A stretch of 60,414 nucleotides of DNA, filler included, from Perkinsus olseni (taxonomy: Eukaryota), in the NCBI GenBank assembly GCA_013115125.1. It is 2 parts of 2 records of this genome, joined end to end, with 100 filler letters (N's around TTAATTAATTAA, not from the genome) between each part and the next. Parts side by side here need not be neighbours in the genome. Positions count along the whole stretch, not along the records: positions 1 to 30,185 come from JABANN010000425.1; 1 more part is not named here. The stretch is one strand, 5' to 3'. Under the pieces are notes generated by a model. That model saw nothing but the letters and a program-made list of their open reading frames with translations, searched no databases and had not been told where the DNA came from. The position numbers and the translations under genes were made by a program. Positions 1 to 13,100 of this stretch are shown here, piece by piece. The first letter of the stretch is position 1. The number at the start of each line of letters is the position of its first letter.

Positions 1-207
1 TTTCGTAACTCGTCCCAGTTGGAGCTGGCGGCGAGAAAAACACGATATTCCAAATTTATTTGGAGGGCTGTATATATCAAGTGCCGCGTGGTTATCACAC
101 CATGCGGACGATTCGGCAACGACGCCCGGATCACTCCTGACCAGAATGGCGCTGATGAGCACGACGAACAGGCTCAGGACTGAGAACATGTTTGACTTGG
201 AAAACAT
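1..207 (-). CDS. 5' end of a putative secreted protein, running off the window start
   Basis: Manual translation from ATG at 207 gives MFSKSNMFSVLSLFVVLISAILVRSDPGVVAESSAWCD..., open to base 1. The hydrophobic N-terminus looks like a signal peptide. Confidence 0.55.
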   Translation of the reverse strand, partial: MFSKSNMFSVLSLFVVLISAILVRSDPGVVAESSAWCDNHAALDIYSPPNKFGISCFSRRQLQLGRVTK

Positions 208-1192
208 ATGGAATTGAAAAATGAGAAACTGGAAAGAAGACTCAAACAACCAGATACTCCTATCTAAAGCTCAAATAAGGTTAACTTTCACTACGAGAGT
301 TACGATGGACCGTAGCGCAACCTTTAACATCTATAGCGTAGCCATTCTGTGAAATGTCTTGGCGCCTGGTTCTTTTAGTGAGCTGAGGGAGGGGCACGTG
401 CTGCACAAAAGATGTCTCCCTACTAGAAACTCCCATAGGCTCCGAGCCTATTTAGACAGTTACGGTGTAGGCACCGCTCAAGGGGGCGAGCAAGACGCTA
501 GAACAACCGTTGTTGTACGGGATCTCCATATATATCTGAAGCCTTCTCCCGAAACGAAACAAGAGTGCGCAGAGACGCTTGCACGTAGCTACTACATCAT
601 CCTACTTAACTGGAGCAGCTAGAAGCGAGACTGGCTGCTCGCTTCTACTGCTACTTCCACTGCTGTCGCTCAGTATATCGCCACGGTGAAACCTCCGAGC
701 CTACTCACTGAGTAGTACTCACTACGCCGCGCCAGGTTGCGCTGCGACCGTGCGCGTCGGGAGGTTGGTGCATTGATGTCTCCACCGCCTGCCATCGAGT
801 GGATAAGCGATATCATACCATTCTAGCGAGAATCAGTTTCACGGCGGAGAAGGTGTCTACTCACCGACGAGTAGTAACTTGAGAAAGTGACTACGAACTA
901 CGACGGAACCTTAGCGTCCCCTTGGTGCTGGTGGTATCATCGGCACCCATACGAAAAATTCTCAAAAATGCCGCCGCAGTCGCTCCGGCGTCTCGCAATC
1001 CTTCCCGCGGTCGCTCGTCGAAAAACCGGAGCCTCTTATCCCTCTACGGCCAGCTCCACGATCCCCTACCGACTATGTGTCGTCGCGTTAGGTTGTGTCG
1101 CGGAAATTGCGCATGCGGCGCGTTGACTGTCACACAATACACCAAGTCGTAGAAACTACCGCATTTAAGCCGAGGGACGACAGCACAGGAAA

Positions 1193-4100
1193 TCATGCGA
1201 TGACGTGTACCGTACCGGAGGGAGAGTCAACCATAGAGATCGTGTGAACCATCATCGAGGACGGGATAGCTTCCAGTTGGCCTCCCCCAGTACAATTCCA
1301 TAGCATGGTCATGTTCAGAGGAGGGGTTTCTCCCTCGATCGAATACATTGCGACGAGCTCGTAGAAACGGGCAGCAGTAAAATCAACTGGAACAACAGAG
1401 CTGGCACTTAGAGGCCGAGAAGTGTTATCCACTGGCTTATAGTTCACGAGGATTTGACCGTCCACAATCATGGTAAGAGAAGAACCTCGTTGCATTAATG
1501 GGATGAAATGACAAGCAGATAGATCGGTGGGGACCTTGATCCAAGTGCGGAAAACAACAGCATCATAGCTCAATCCCGAAGTAGAGAACGAAGGGTGAAT
1601 GAATATGCTGACCGGATCACCGCGGAACTGTGGATTGTCGAAACCTCGAACTTCGACCCCGGTGACATCGCGATGGGCGCATTGAAAATCAACCTTTCCA
1701 AGAGGATACCTAGAGGGCGTCAACCATGCTCCTGAAGCCGCATTAGCATCTGGATTGTATGAGCAAACCGCCACCGGTTCGCCGACAATACGCGTGAAAC
1801 CTTCCTCGCAGTTAAAGGTAGCTACCGTGCCCAGCGACAGCGTGTTGTTACTGTACGTGACGTTGGCGTTGCTAGAAACATTGAGAGGAGGGCACCAGGA
1901 AGCTGTAGTGCCGCAACTCAGCGGAACATTCGACCAGCTTCCATTAGATGTACAGGACGCTACACTAGAGCCCCCAAGCTGAACGAACCCGGGAAGGCAC
2001 GCAAGGTGAGCTTGAGAACCAAGCCGCACAGTATCGGTATATGAGATAACCCGCGAACCTGCAGAGCTTAGCGGTGGACAGAATCGCTCCTCGGCGGCAC
2101 ATATCAGATATTCAGGAGAGGATCCGACCGGGTCCCACACTATTTGGTTTGTCACTGGAAGTCTGTAAGCTCCACCAGAACCGCAAACCATAGAAGGCCA
2201 ACCGTGATATCCCTGTGAGCCAACATCGCAAGAAAGAGAGATTATTTCCGAAAAGTTGGCAGAGCGACTCAGAGTTGCCGTACCGCGAGTAACCGTAACG
2301 GCAGGGCAGAAAGCAGAGACTGGGTAGCACTCCAAAAAGCTGATTACGTGATTGCCGGAGATTACGTCTCGCCACAGTCGATCAACACCGCATTCCAAAG
2401 TCTGGGAACTCTGGCCAGCAGCATCCTCGTAGCCTTCTTCACACCGAATAGTGATGCTATCTCCCAGGGAAAGCCGCCCGCCATGAACGACGAATCTCTG
2501 TCCAGGCGCCAGTCTCGGCTCGGCACACCAATTCTGAACTTTAGCACACCTCAACGGCTGGGCAACCACCTCGCTACTGGTATCGTTCCGGACCCAGAAG
2601 CCGCGTTGGCTGCAGCGCATCAGTGTATCTCCATAAACTGGCTGGAAGCCTGGAGCGCAGCTCAAATGTACAGTAGCACCGAACGAATACTCGCCAGGAG
2701 ACGACAGATTCACGACCACGCTCCGATTGTCGATACCAAAGTTTGCGCTGCAGTGTTCAGGGTCTTTACTGCATCGTAATGGGATTTGCGGGCCGCCGAA
2801 GGGACTCAACCTAAGGTGACAGAAAGACGTAGCCGCATGCGAGTGAATCCCATCGAGGTGTTTGCAAGGATCCATTATGGGGATAACCAATGCTCGCAAG
2901 TGGAATGAGGCTTGAAAAACAGTGCCCCGGTTATCGATAGTAGCTCACCATTCTCCTTTGGCTGAAGCGTTGCTTCCACAGACTACAGAGGAATCTCCAG
3001 ACTCATATATATACCCCTGGTTGCAAGCTAGCCATGCTATACTGCCGAGGCGCCTGTTCTCGGAAAAATTGACAACTCTAGCGAATGGAGGGATCGACGG
3101 CATCTCAGGGCACCAGTCATCGGTTGGAACACATCGGAGTCGTTCCCCATGGGCGATGGGGGTCATACTGCCAGCCTGGAGCCATGCCCCGCCCTCTCCT
3201 GCGAGACCAGCATCAAAACGAATTAGGGGCGTTGATGCTCTCTCACCCGACTGATTATAACCGCATAAAGGATAGGAAACATCGACGCCGACAACTGCTG
3301 TGTATCCAAGCTCACACTCAACCTTAGCTGACGGGAAGCATCGATCAGGAAAAGCCGATCAGGTGCGGGCAGAGCAGCGTTACTCACCTCGAGCGCCTAG
3401 ACTGCTGACCGTGGGGCTCTCAGGCGCAACTATAGATGGCAGGCAATTAAGCGGCTCGCGATTCCATATACCGAACTCCCCACAGGAGCTCGTACACGTC
3501 AGCTGAGAGTAGCCTGCATTGGAGCATCCACCGTGACTGGACATGAGTAGTTCTTGCTGGTCACCCGTGTATGGCACGTAGCCATGCCTGCACTGCATTA
3601 TTAAACTACTTCCAATCTTCAGGCCCTCCGTCGATTCGACAACTTCGCTAAAATTACCCGATGGCGGCGCGCAGAAGTCTTCCCGCTGAAGAGTCATGGA
3701 CGAGACCGGCCCAAGGCAGGGCGATATAGCCCAACTCTTTCCTACCTTGACACATCGCAAAGGGCCCTGCGGATCTTTCCATGACCATCCCGGGCCGCTG
3801 GGGTCGCATTGCAGCGTCGAGGGGTGCAATCGCAAATCATCAGCCTCATAGCCTGCGCTACACGCCACGAAGATCTCAGCTCCCGAAAATTCGTTGATGT
3901 TCGTGGAGACTTGTGCGGGGTCCATATCTGAATAATCATGCCAGTGAAGCAAGACAAGAAAGCCCCGGCGGTCAGCACCTATGCCACAGGACATCGCCGT
4001 ACTCGCCAGCTGTCCTGGCGAACCGCACGTAGCAGACAGCTCGGGGAGCGAGTAGTTGACGATCTGCCAAAGTGATTATAGCCACGGGGCGACTGGTACA

Positions 4101-7100
4101 CAAGCCCACTCTGGCGTTGGCTGGAATGGAGGCAACTAAATTATTCCTGCAGGTCAAGCTCAGCTCGGATTCACCGTAGCAGCAGTCAGGGGAAGGGCGG
4201 CTCCAGTTCCCGCTTGCAAGGCACGTCGCGTTGACTGTGCTCGTCAGTACTCCTCTCTCATCTAGAGAGGGAGAAGCCACATCGGTAAAGGTTACTCACC
4301 GAAGCAGAAACCTACCGCGCTGAGACCAGCCATCTATGCAACCAATCGTTACCCTAGCCCCCGGAGCCGTCGTGTCGAGAGGATGAACTCCCGGAGTGCT
4401 CGAATTAGCAGCAAAACCCGTGATCGACGCATATTCGGACTCGATACTCGACAAGGAACAAGTTGCCGTCGCCGTGAGGTTCGTTGCTGCAAGGAAATAC
4501 TCGCTGATGACTGCTCGTGCTTGATGGTCCTGCTCAGGCGAGCTGATCTTCACCCACCATTTCCGCAAGCCGGCCGCGACTGATGCAAATGGTCGCGTAT
4601 TTGACTCGCATTCGCACTCGCACGCGTCAGGAGACTCAGAGATGACCATGGTGGGTGGACTTCCACGGAGCTGTTGATCAAGGTCTGGTTCGCCCAAAAA
4701 GTCGCCGCCATCGCCGGGTGGCCGTTGAGATACAGCGCTGCAAGGCAACGAATCCAAGCATTCGAGCGACTTCCCAGACCATTTGCCAGCTGCCCTACTT
4801 GCGTTGTATTCTGAGATGTTCCTCAGCGCGGTGTTGTTTCCGTGGGTCGTCACGTTCGCTTCCATCACTCTCAGAGACTCAACGACAAGTCCTATGTGTA
4901 CCCAGGGTAGCGAGGCGAGAGCGTGAACGATGGTCAAAGGGCGGAACTGTACCAACCCGCTTGTGATGTTAGCCTCCTGACCCCGTAGTTCCTACATATT
5001 AGTCAAGGAGAGGGACGAAAAGTCTAGAAAATACCGCGACGTCAACTCACCAGGGATCCTCGCGAATAATTGTGGACCACTCTGGCTACGCTCGTGTGAA
5101 GTATCGTTGAGCTTGCATTAGCCTGGCACGAAGAGATAACAAGGTAACGAGAAACCGTTAGGGATACTCAGGTTAACGAATCGACGGTATCCATGCAACG
5201 GACATGAAAAAAGGCCTCAAGGGACGGCGCTCGAAAATAGGAAAGCGATCGGGAGCGACTCAGGACTGAACCGTCCCGAATCATCACGTCGGGCAGCGCT
5301 CACTTGGTGTGCTGATAAGCTCCGCCAGAAAATGAGTGAGAAATCAGTGCTATTCGCAGTCAGTAAGATGCTCTTGTTGGAGCAGTCGTCTCCACTCGAA
5401 TGTACTTCGCCAGGCAGCGCTGCTGGACGGTAGCAAAGCAAAGGTGAGCCCGCCAGAGACGCTTTCCACGTTCGGTTCAGGGAGCAGGTGAATCTGGGGG
5501 ATCCATACGCCCGCCGGTACCCCTGACACGGCAAAAGGTACCTCATTTACGATAAGCTAAGGATCGCGATAAGCATTCATACCTCGGGACACTCGACCTC
5601 TATATCCGCTCCCAAGGATCGATTGGAGCTCAGTGGAATGGTATAGTTGAACCATCGAGCGGTGAAGGGAGCAGTAGAGTCTGCCATCCTTCCTTGAGCC
5701 GTTTTCGGGCAGTATCTATCAGGGGAAAATAACGGCAGCGTCAGACATAAAGCAGTTTTGAAAGTTCGGAAAATTGGTGTACAGGAAAACGATGTATTGG
5801 TGCCTACTCGACGTCTCTCGAGCAGTGAGCTATGGGTGACGACCAGGTGCTATCGTTTCGGCAAGTAATGTTGACCCTCGTGTGGCCGCCGTCCAACTTG
5901 AAACCAGGGGCACACGAGAGCTGTAGTAGAGAATCAATGGCTCGTGAGACCTCCTGCGGAGGAGTCAGTAACTGAACGCCGGGGCACTCTAAGCGCATTG
6001 AGAGAAGCATTTCACTACGATGGTGGAGGTTGGATCAAGGACTTCCCAGGGGCTAGAACACATGTCTGCCCGCGGCGAACAGTTGAGAGTTGGAGCGGCA
6101 CCATTGTAACGGAGCCAATGCCCCGCGAGAGACCCTGTCTTTCTGCAGTACCTAGAGAGACTCTCGTACGTTCCGGCGCAGCCAAACGAGCGTCGGTACG
6201 GATGTAGACCGAGCGGGGACTTACAGAGCGTGCGAGATACCTTCCTCGTTTCGATAACCCGTGTTACAGTCGACAAACCCTACGTCTTGGGAGTAGTTGG
6301 ACCTAAGCGCAACGGCGTGCATTGCACTGCAGCGACCGGTTACCGGGTCGGTGATTGGATGAGTCCAGAGTGGCATCGTTAGCCTTCACAACGAAGATTG
6401 GTTTGCGAGGACCCCTTACTGAATGAGGCTTACACGACGAACCGTCCGTTGGTGATATTGAGCGGAGTCGGGCAATTTGGCAGGCTGGGGACCGATGCAT
6501 CCTGCCGAGAAAGGATGGACCAAAATACACTTGGGGAAAGTGTGTTAATGGTGCGTAATCAGGCTCTATCCGAAGGGACAGACGAGACTGACGTGTACTG
6601 AGCCCAAACCGAGTTAGCGGAGCGAAGCGATCGACCCTACTGGTTCTGAGGAGCACGACACGGGCAGTGTGTTGTTCAGTTGGACAACTCTCTCGGACGG
6701 TGTATCCAGAGATGGGCACCAGTCTCTGAGCGCGAGAGCGTGGTGCTCCGGTACGAAGGCCAAGACTATACCGTTCAAGATCGCAGCATTTCAGCGGCTC
6801 CGCTGCGCTACTGGTATCATTGAAGGGGACCCAGGAGGCGTTCGACTTCACCCACGAAACATGCTCGACTATGGTCCAGTTTGTTACTGTCACGGGCGTA
6901 CCGTTGACGGAACCGGTGGTGAACGTGTTGGTCACGTTTTCGAGCCGGGAGACCCTCAACGGCCGGGACATGTTGCATAGCATGTGAGTATCGCCGCTGG
7001 ATTGAGTATATCTAAACCGAATGAGCCACTTCATCATTGACTTGATCTGATCCAGGCCTCCAGAGGCTTCCAACAGTTTCCCGCGAGATTCATTTCAATG

Positions 7101-10100
7101 CCGTCACCCTGGTATGCAGCCGTAATGAGCCCAGTTGCCACCCATCCGCCAGTGCAATGGAAACCTAGTCTCGTTCGACACTGCGCTGCCGTACCTGTGA
7201 CCGTAGTGGGCTCAACGGAGTCGGAGATAAGCGCGCCACTGGGACTCCCCCCTACGCTATCGATCTGGTGTTCACCATGCTCGAGCTAATGTCGGGACAG
7301 TCGTCGTGAGCGTAGGAGCACGAGGGGCGCTCGGAAGACATAAGGCTGGCTACTTCGCTAGCATTCAACCGTCGCGAATACATGCGGACCTGAGATTGAC
7401 CAGAACGGATTGTGCGCTGAATCCTTGCGGATAATGACGACTTCCATGATGTGGTCCGGCCACGGGCGGCCAACCAGCATGAGTGACGTTATGGATTCCT
7501 ACTGTGAGTGGGCCCCACTCACCCCTGCAATGGCGAGTCCCGATATTGGATGGGTCCCGTTCATCGACCAGTTACCATCTCCGAATGCTAGCTCGGCCCC
7601 CGCGTAATCAGCTGCGGTCATGAGATTATCGAAGCAGAATCCGGACACACGGTGACTGCAATCACCTTGGTGTGATACTCGCCACGTGGTCGTAGAACTG
7701 GCCTACCTGTAGCTGACTCCGGTCCTTCGCCCGTTGACGTAGACCTCCATGTTAGAGCCAGGGGCCAGAGCATCCCAGGCCAGAGCAATGTGCATCCAAT
7801 CCAAACACTGACCGCTGAGGGATATGTGGTCAGGCGACCTGAGGCGTACCACTCGCAGGCCGACCAACCCCAGTTCTGACGGGGTCGGGTATACCCTGAA
7901 TCCTACCCGGCCACTCCCGTGATCTCGCCACATCCTCCGCCCACCACGGCCTCCAGAGTGTTGTTCGTAGTGATTTTCAGACTCACAGATTCCGTGTGGG
8001 ATGCTTGGCCAGACCATACCACTCCAGTTCGGTTATAAATCGGTGACACGCCGCTCGCTCTCAGCCTCACCAAGTACTGTGCAGTACCGTATGCTGGAAC
8101 TCGGCACCCAGTCTTCACCCACATCGCAATGGTGGTGTTTCTCCCAACGACTGCTCCCGAAGTGAGACGCCCAGGATACATAGGCAAGTCACCGTCGTCG
8201 GATTCAGCGCATCCGTGAGAAAACGCGTTGAAAATCGAACCTCCAACAATAGGAAGCGAATTGTAACAAAATAAAGGCTCCGCAGGCGCGCCCGTCGCCA
8301 GAGATTTCCATTGCCCCAGACCATCAGGGCCGAGCCCACAAATCAGCTCTCTGTCGCCCCCCGCGTAGTGGTAGTCCTGCTCACCACACGCTATGGTGAG
8401 CCTTCCGCCTCGAACTGCATGGGGGCGGGTGACCTGGATGTAGACAGGACCTCGAGTAGTGTTAACCGGCACCACACGGAGGCTGCCATTATATGCTGAG
8501 TATACCGGAGGCGCAAATGGACAAAAGTTCACTTCGCGCTCGCACTGAAGGGCGTAGGGGTTGGAGAAGTTTGTCGAGCTCGGCTCCCAGGTACCGCCCT
8601 CGGCGCAAACCACCCTGTCGGTGAAATTGGCAGCCTTCGATGCGGTGACGTTAACAATCTCCCAGTACGTGGAGTTACTGCCATCGGTCAAGTTGAGCCG
8701 CGTCACATTCTGACTCACTACATAGCTGGCATTACTCGCAGTTTTCCAACCCACATCGCATCCCAGCCGAGCAACCGTACCCAAACCCAGCCCCTGGCTC
8801 GTGTAATGACGGACACGCACACCAACTGCAGGCACGTATCCACGACATTGACTCAGGCGTGGCCAGCAGTGAAGTGCAGAAATGTTTCCGGATGAGCTGA
8901 GATCCACGATCGACACCCACTGGCCATCAGATGCACACTTGAATGTATTCGTAGGGGCCACCGACGTCAGGTTTGACCTCAAGTAATACGCGTCTCCGCA
9001 CGAGATTTTGATGACGCTATCCAGTGTTGCGTTAGCTCCCTGCAGGTAAGTTACATTGAAACTAGCCGAGTGTGGGATTGCTGGACAGTAACCACCAAGT
9101 CGGCGACACTGTAGAGTGTCCATCAGACCTGAGAGGGAAAAAGGAACTTTCGGAGGGCTGGGTGCGAGTACAACGGCAAGCGCTTTAACAAAGCAACGGA
9201 AGGAGCAGAATTGACTTACTTCCGGAGGGAAGGCCGAACCACACTCCGCGAGAGCTATTGCTCGGATCAGGAGCACACGAGTAGGTCTCGTCGCCGGATG
9301 TTCTCTCATAGCCAGGAGCGCATACTGTTCCTGAAAGGCAGAGCCTGTACGACCCAACAGAGAGACAGGAAAAGGCGATACCGACCAGCAGTTGCGTTCA
9401 CCGCGTTGGCCATCGATAGGTCGTCAAGTGCAACTTCTCGTCTGAATGTGCTGATATTCGCGTCGATGCCGTGCGGTGGACAGAAGTCTTGCACGATTTG
9501 ACAGTCGAGCAGCATGCTTGGCGTGACAGGAGATAGCCCCTGAATGACACAGCGGATCCGTCATCACGGGCGGTAACGACAGAAAAGAACTCACACTGGG
9601 GCTGTCGGGGTCGAACCACTGTCCTGCAGCACCACACCGGATGCGCTCCAGTCCCCTTACAGGAAAGCTCCCGGTGACACATCCCAGATCAACAACATCA
9701 CCAATGTAACTACCCAGACCCGTTGCAGTCCAGTTGATGGCTTTTGTGTAGGGCCCAAGGGACAATGTGGCGCAAAACCCACTACGGCGAGCGCACTTCA
9801 ACGGAACTGCGGGGACCGGCTCCCCACTCGCGTCAAAGGCAGAAGACATCCATAAGCCGGTCACCTCCGTGGAGCCGTTGGAAAATGTGGTCTCCTTCGC
9901 GCCACAGTACGCGGTGCTGTTACCATCTACTGCAACGTGACCCTCGAGACACTTCAAGCTAGCGATAGAGCCGTGCATTCTCTGCTTGCTGAGCGAAGCC
10001 AGATAAGAGCCGTTCAAACCAGAGCGCAAGTCTGGACACAAGTCAGCCTTCTCAAAGCACTTCAACAGAATTGCCGGAGCTGAGTCTGCCCTGCGTCGCC

Positions 10101-13100
10101 AGTGTCCAGATCCCCCACACGTGAGCTCCGAGTCGCCGAGCAGTGGCAAAAATCCCGGCGCACACTCAAGGGTCCCCATAGCGCCTACGTCCATAGTCCA
10201 GCTTGAGAGGAACTCCAGGCGCACACCGGGATTGGCCTCAACATGAGCATTGAGGTCCGGACACAAGTCGAGGACCCTCCCACACGCGAGTGGTTTCTGA
10301 GGCTCGAGGTTGCGTGTCCTCCAAAGACCGTCCTCACCACATATGAGAATGTCGGAGCCGCCCACAGGAGTATATCCCTCCAAGCACTGCATATAAGCCA
10401 CCGACCCTGCAGCGCGTAAGTTGGTCAGCTCCCGGACATAGGCGTTAGACGGGAGTGGCGTCGGGCACTTGACGACAGTGGTGTCTCGAACAACCAGACC
10501 GAACCTGCTCTGCCACGTACTGGAGGGTAGGAAAGAATGGGGAGCAAAGGTCACATTGTAGTTGCCGTCCCCAACGTAGCTAACAGTATCAGGAAACACC
10601 CGAGGACTGGAGCCATTGCCGATAGCCGTCGGGCCCTCGAAGTACACGTACCACGTGTCAGAGCCGTCTTTTACCACATTGCCGTACCTGTCATGGGCAG
10701 TAATGTTGTATGTGAGAGTTTGGTTGTGCAGCAGGTCCATCGACGAGGGAAGACTTGATGTAGCACAGCACGGATGAGAAGGGCCAGGCGAGATAGTGTA
10801 GTTCGCACCATCCAACCAGATCGTCTTGTTGACTCGAGGGTAATAGACGAAACCCTGCACGCCCCAGAGGCCCGCCTCGGTAGGTTGAAATTGGAATCCG
10901 GTGCTCGCCTGGCCCTCAACCACCTTTGCGTGGGTCGATCCGCGACCACCGTTGGGAGTGAAGAAATCGACGTCAACCAATACTGGGCCGAGTTCATTGG
11001 TACGGGACAGTTCCGAGTCAACGGAGGCCACTGGAATCTCGTTGCCGGCGACGTCACGAAGGATTATGGTGCACTCAATGAGCGTATTGGCCGGTTGGGG
11101 CGAGAGGGGAGTGCAGATTAACTCTGAAGTTGTCCGGTCGACGAAGTTTGACCATACCTGACCAATCGAAGCAGATCAAAATCTTCACAAAGAGCCTCCC
11201 AATGCGACTCCTGTTAATGCCCAAAAATCGTTCTAGGAAAATCCACGCACATGAAGATGGCGTAGACGACGAAGCGCTACCACGCCCTAGTGTTTTTCAC
11301 TACCTTGAAAGACGTTGAAATCCTACTGGCCGGGTTGTTGTACAGCTGAACGGCGACCAACTGCACTTGCGTCGCCCTGTTAGGGTAGACATCGATCCGA
11401 TATCTCGGTCCTGTACTGGGAACCACTGACCACTGCCAGTCTAAAAGTTCGGGGTCCCCGCCAGACACCTCAACGAATGCCTGGACATCTCGAGTCTCCA
11501 GGAAATTCCCGTAGGCATCGCGAGTGTCCACGTATAAGCTCACGTTATCACCAGCCCGACCCTCAGTAGGATTTTCATCCGCCCAACTGAGCACACTTGC
11601 CTGGCTCGCCGGCCTGACTGTGCGATTGAAACCTTCTCTCAGTGGCTCTTCCCACGCCAACCAACTCGCTGGCACCGGCTGCCAGAAGTACTCGTCATCG
11701 TCGCCGAGCCACCACTCAAAGAAAGCCTCCGAGAGCTGTCTTATATCGACACAGCTGAGCTCAATTCTCACCTCGTACAAACCAGGAGATAATTGTATCC
11801 CACCCAACGTGGTTGTGCCTTCTCGGACGCTATCTTGATTCGATATAACGAAAGGTTGCACCATGTGCAGTCGACACCGCGTCTTGAGAGTCACCGTCAA
11901 ATCATCAGATTCTTTAGGGAAATTGACATGTCCAACCAATCTCACCGAAAAACGACGGTCGGTGAGCCCGCAAGGGAGGAGGCTCGCCCAGCTTGCCGAC
12001 CACCAGTCGCGGTTCAGTGGCCCGGGTATGACTGTCGTGCACACCATGTTCTCGGCTCGCATGTAGGACCCCAAGAACCACTGGGCTGCCAGCCCGCCAG
12101 GTCGCAGGACTGTTGCTTGTCCCAGGTTCAGTCCCGAACTAAGCAGCCTTACGCTAAACTCGTATGTTCCGTCCACAGGATCGCCGAGGAGCAGTCCGTG
12201 TGGCACCACATACGGCGAGTATAAGCAAGAAGGAATACCTTCCTGTGGAATGCTCCTCAGTGGGCTGGCCTCACATGTGGCCGTGTTTGAGTCGAACGCA
12301 CAACCAGGAAGCCCGAGGCACTGGCCGAGGGTTACCATGGATCGACATCGGGTATTGCAGTGCACACCATCCAGCCAGAATCCGACCGATAGACTGATGT
12401 TGTGTTCGAATATCACATCAGACCACAGATCTCTAGCCTGAATCCTGACCGTGGCTTCCTCTCCAGCAGTCACTGTCGTCACCCCCGGGACCTCACCGAT
12501 TGCTGAAGTGTGATTGGACGCCCCAACGTACTCCAACAAGAATGGTTGAGTGAAGTACTCGTGTGGCTCATCAGGTAACTCTAGCGTATGGACGACTGTG
12601 AAAACAAGCGGGCTTCCTGCGCACGCGCCCGTCAGGCGGTGGCCGCAAAGTGCCGTGTAATTGCCGCTGTGCCGAGGTATGAATGGTATATCAATGCTGG
12701 ACTCTCTCACTATCGCTTGGTCAGTCATGGGCAACGCGGAACCGTCTAGAGACCTCACGAGAGTAATGTTCCAATCGTCGAGAATAGGAGGGTCATCGAG
12801 TGCATTCCCACAGCCGTCCCGAACCTCAACGAGTAGCCTAGCTCCAATACCCATACCGATCACACCGTCCATTATTCCCGAGACCCTCAGAGGAGAATTC
12901 CGCGCATTCGCGCGTCCCGGAAGCACAGTTAGCTGGAAAGGTGACCCCAGGACATGCTGCCACGATGCTGTCGTGCCATCAATGGCCTCGGTGGACGCGC
13001 GCACGCTGACTGTGGTTTCTCCCGCCGTGCATATAGCGAAGGACACACTGATCGTACCGTCACCGATGTTAACAAGTTGGCTGAAATCGCCAGCAGAAGG

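Noticed and set aside
359-1152. Short plus-strand ORFs between the first two genes, and most other short overlapping ORFs in the track
   Set aside because: Non-ATG starts, no recognisable motifs, or antisense/alternate-frame overlaps with well-supported genes.
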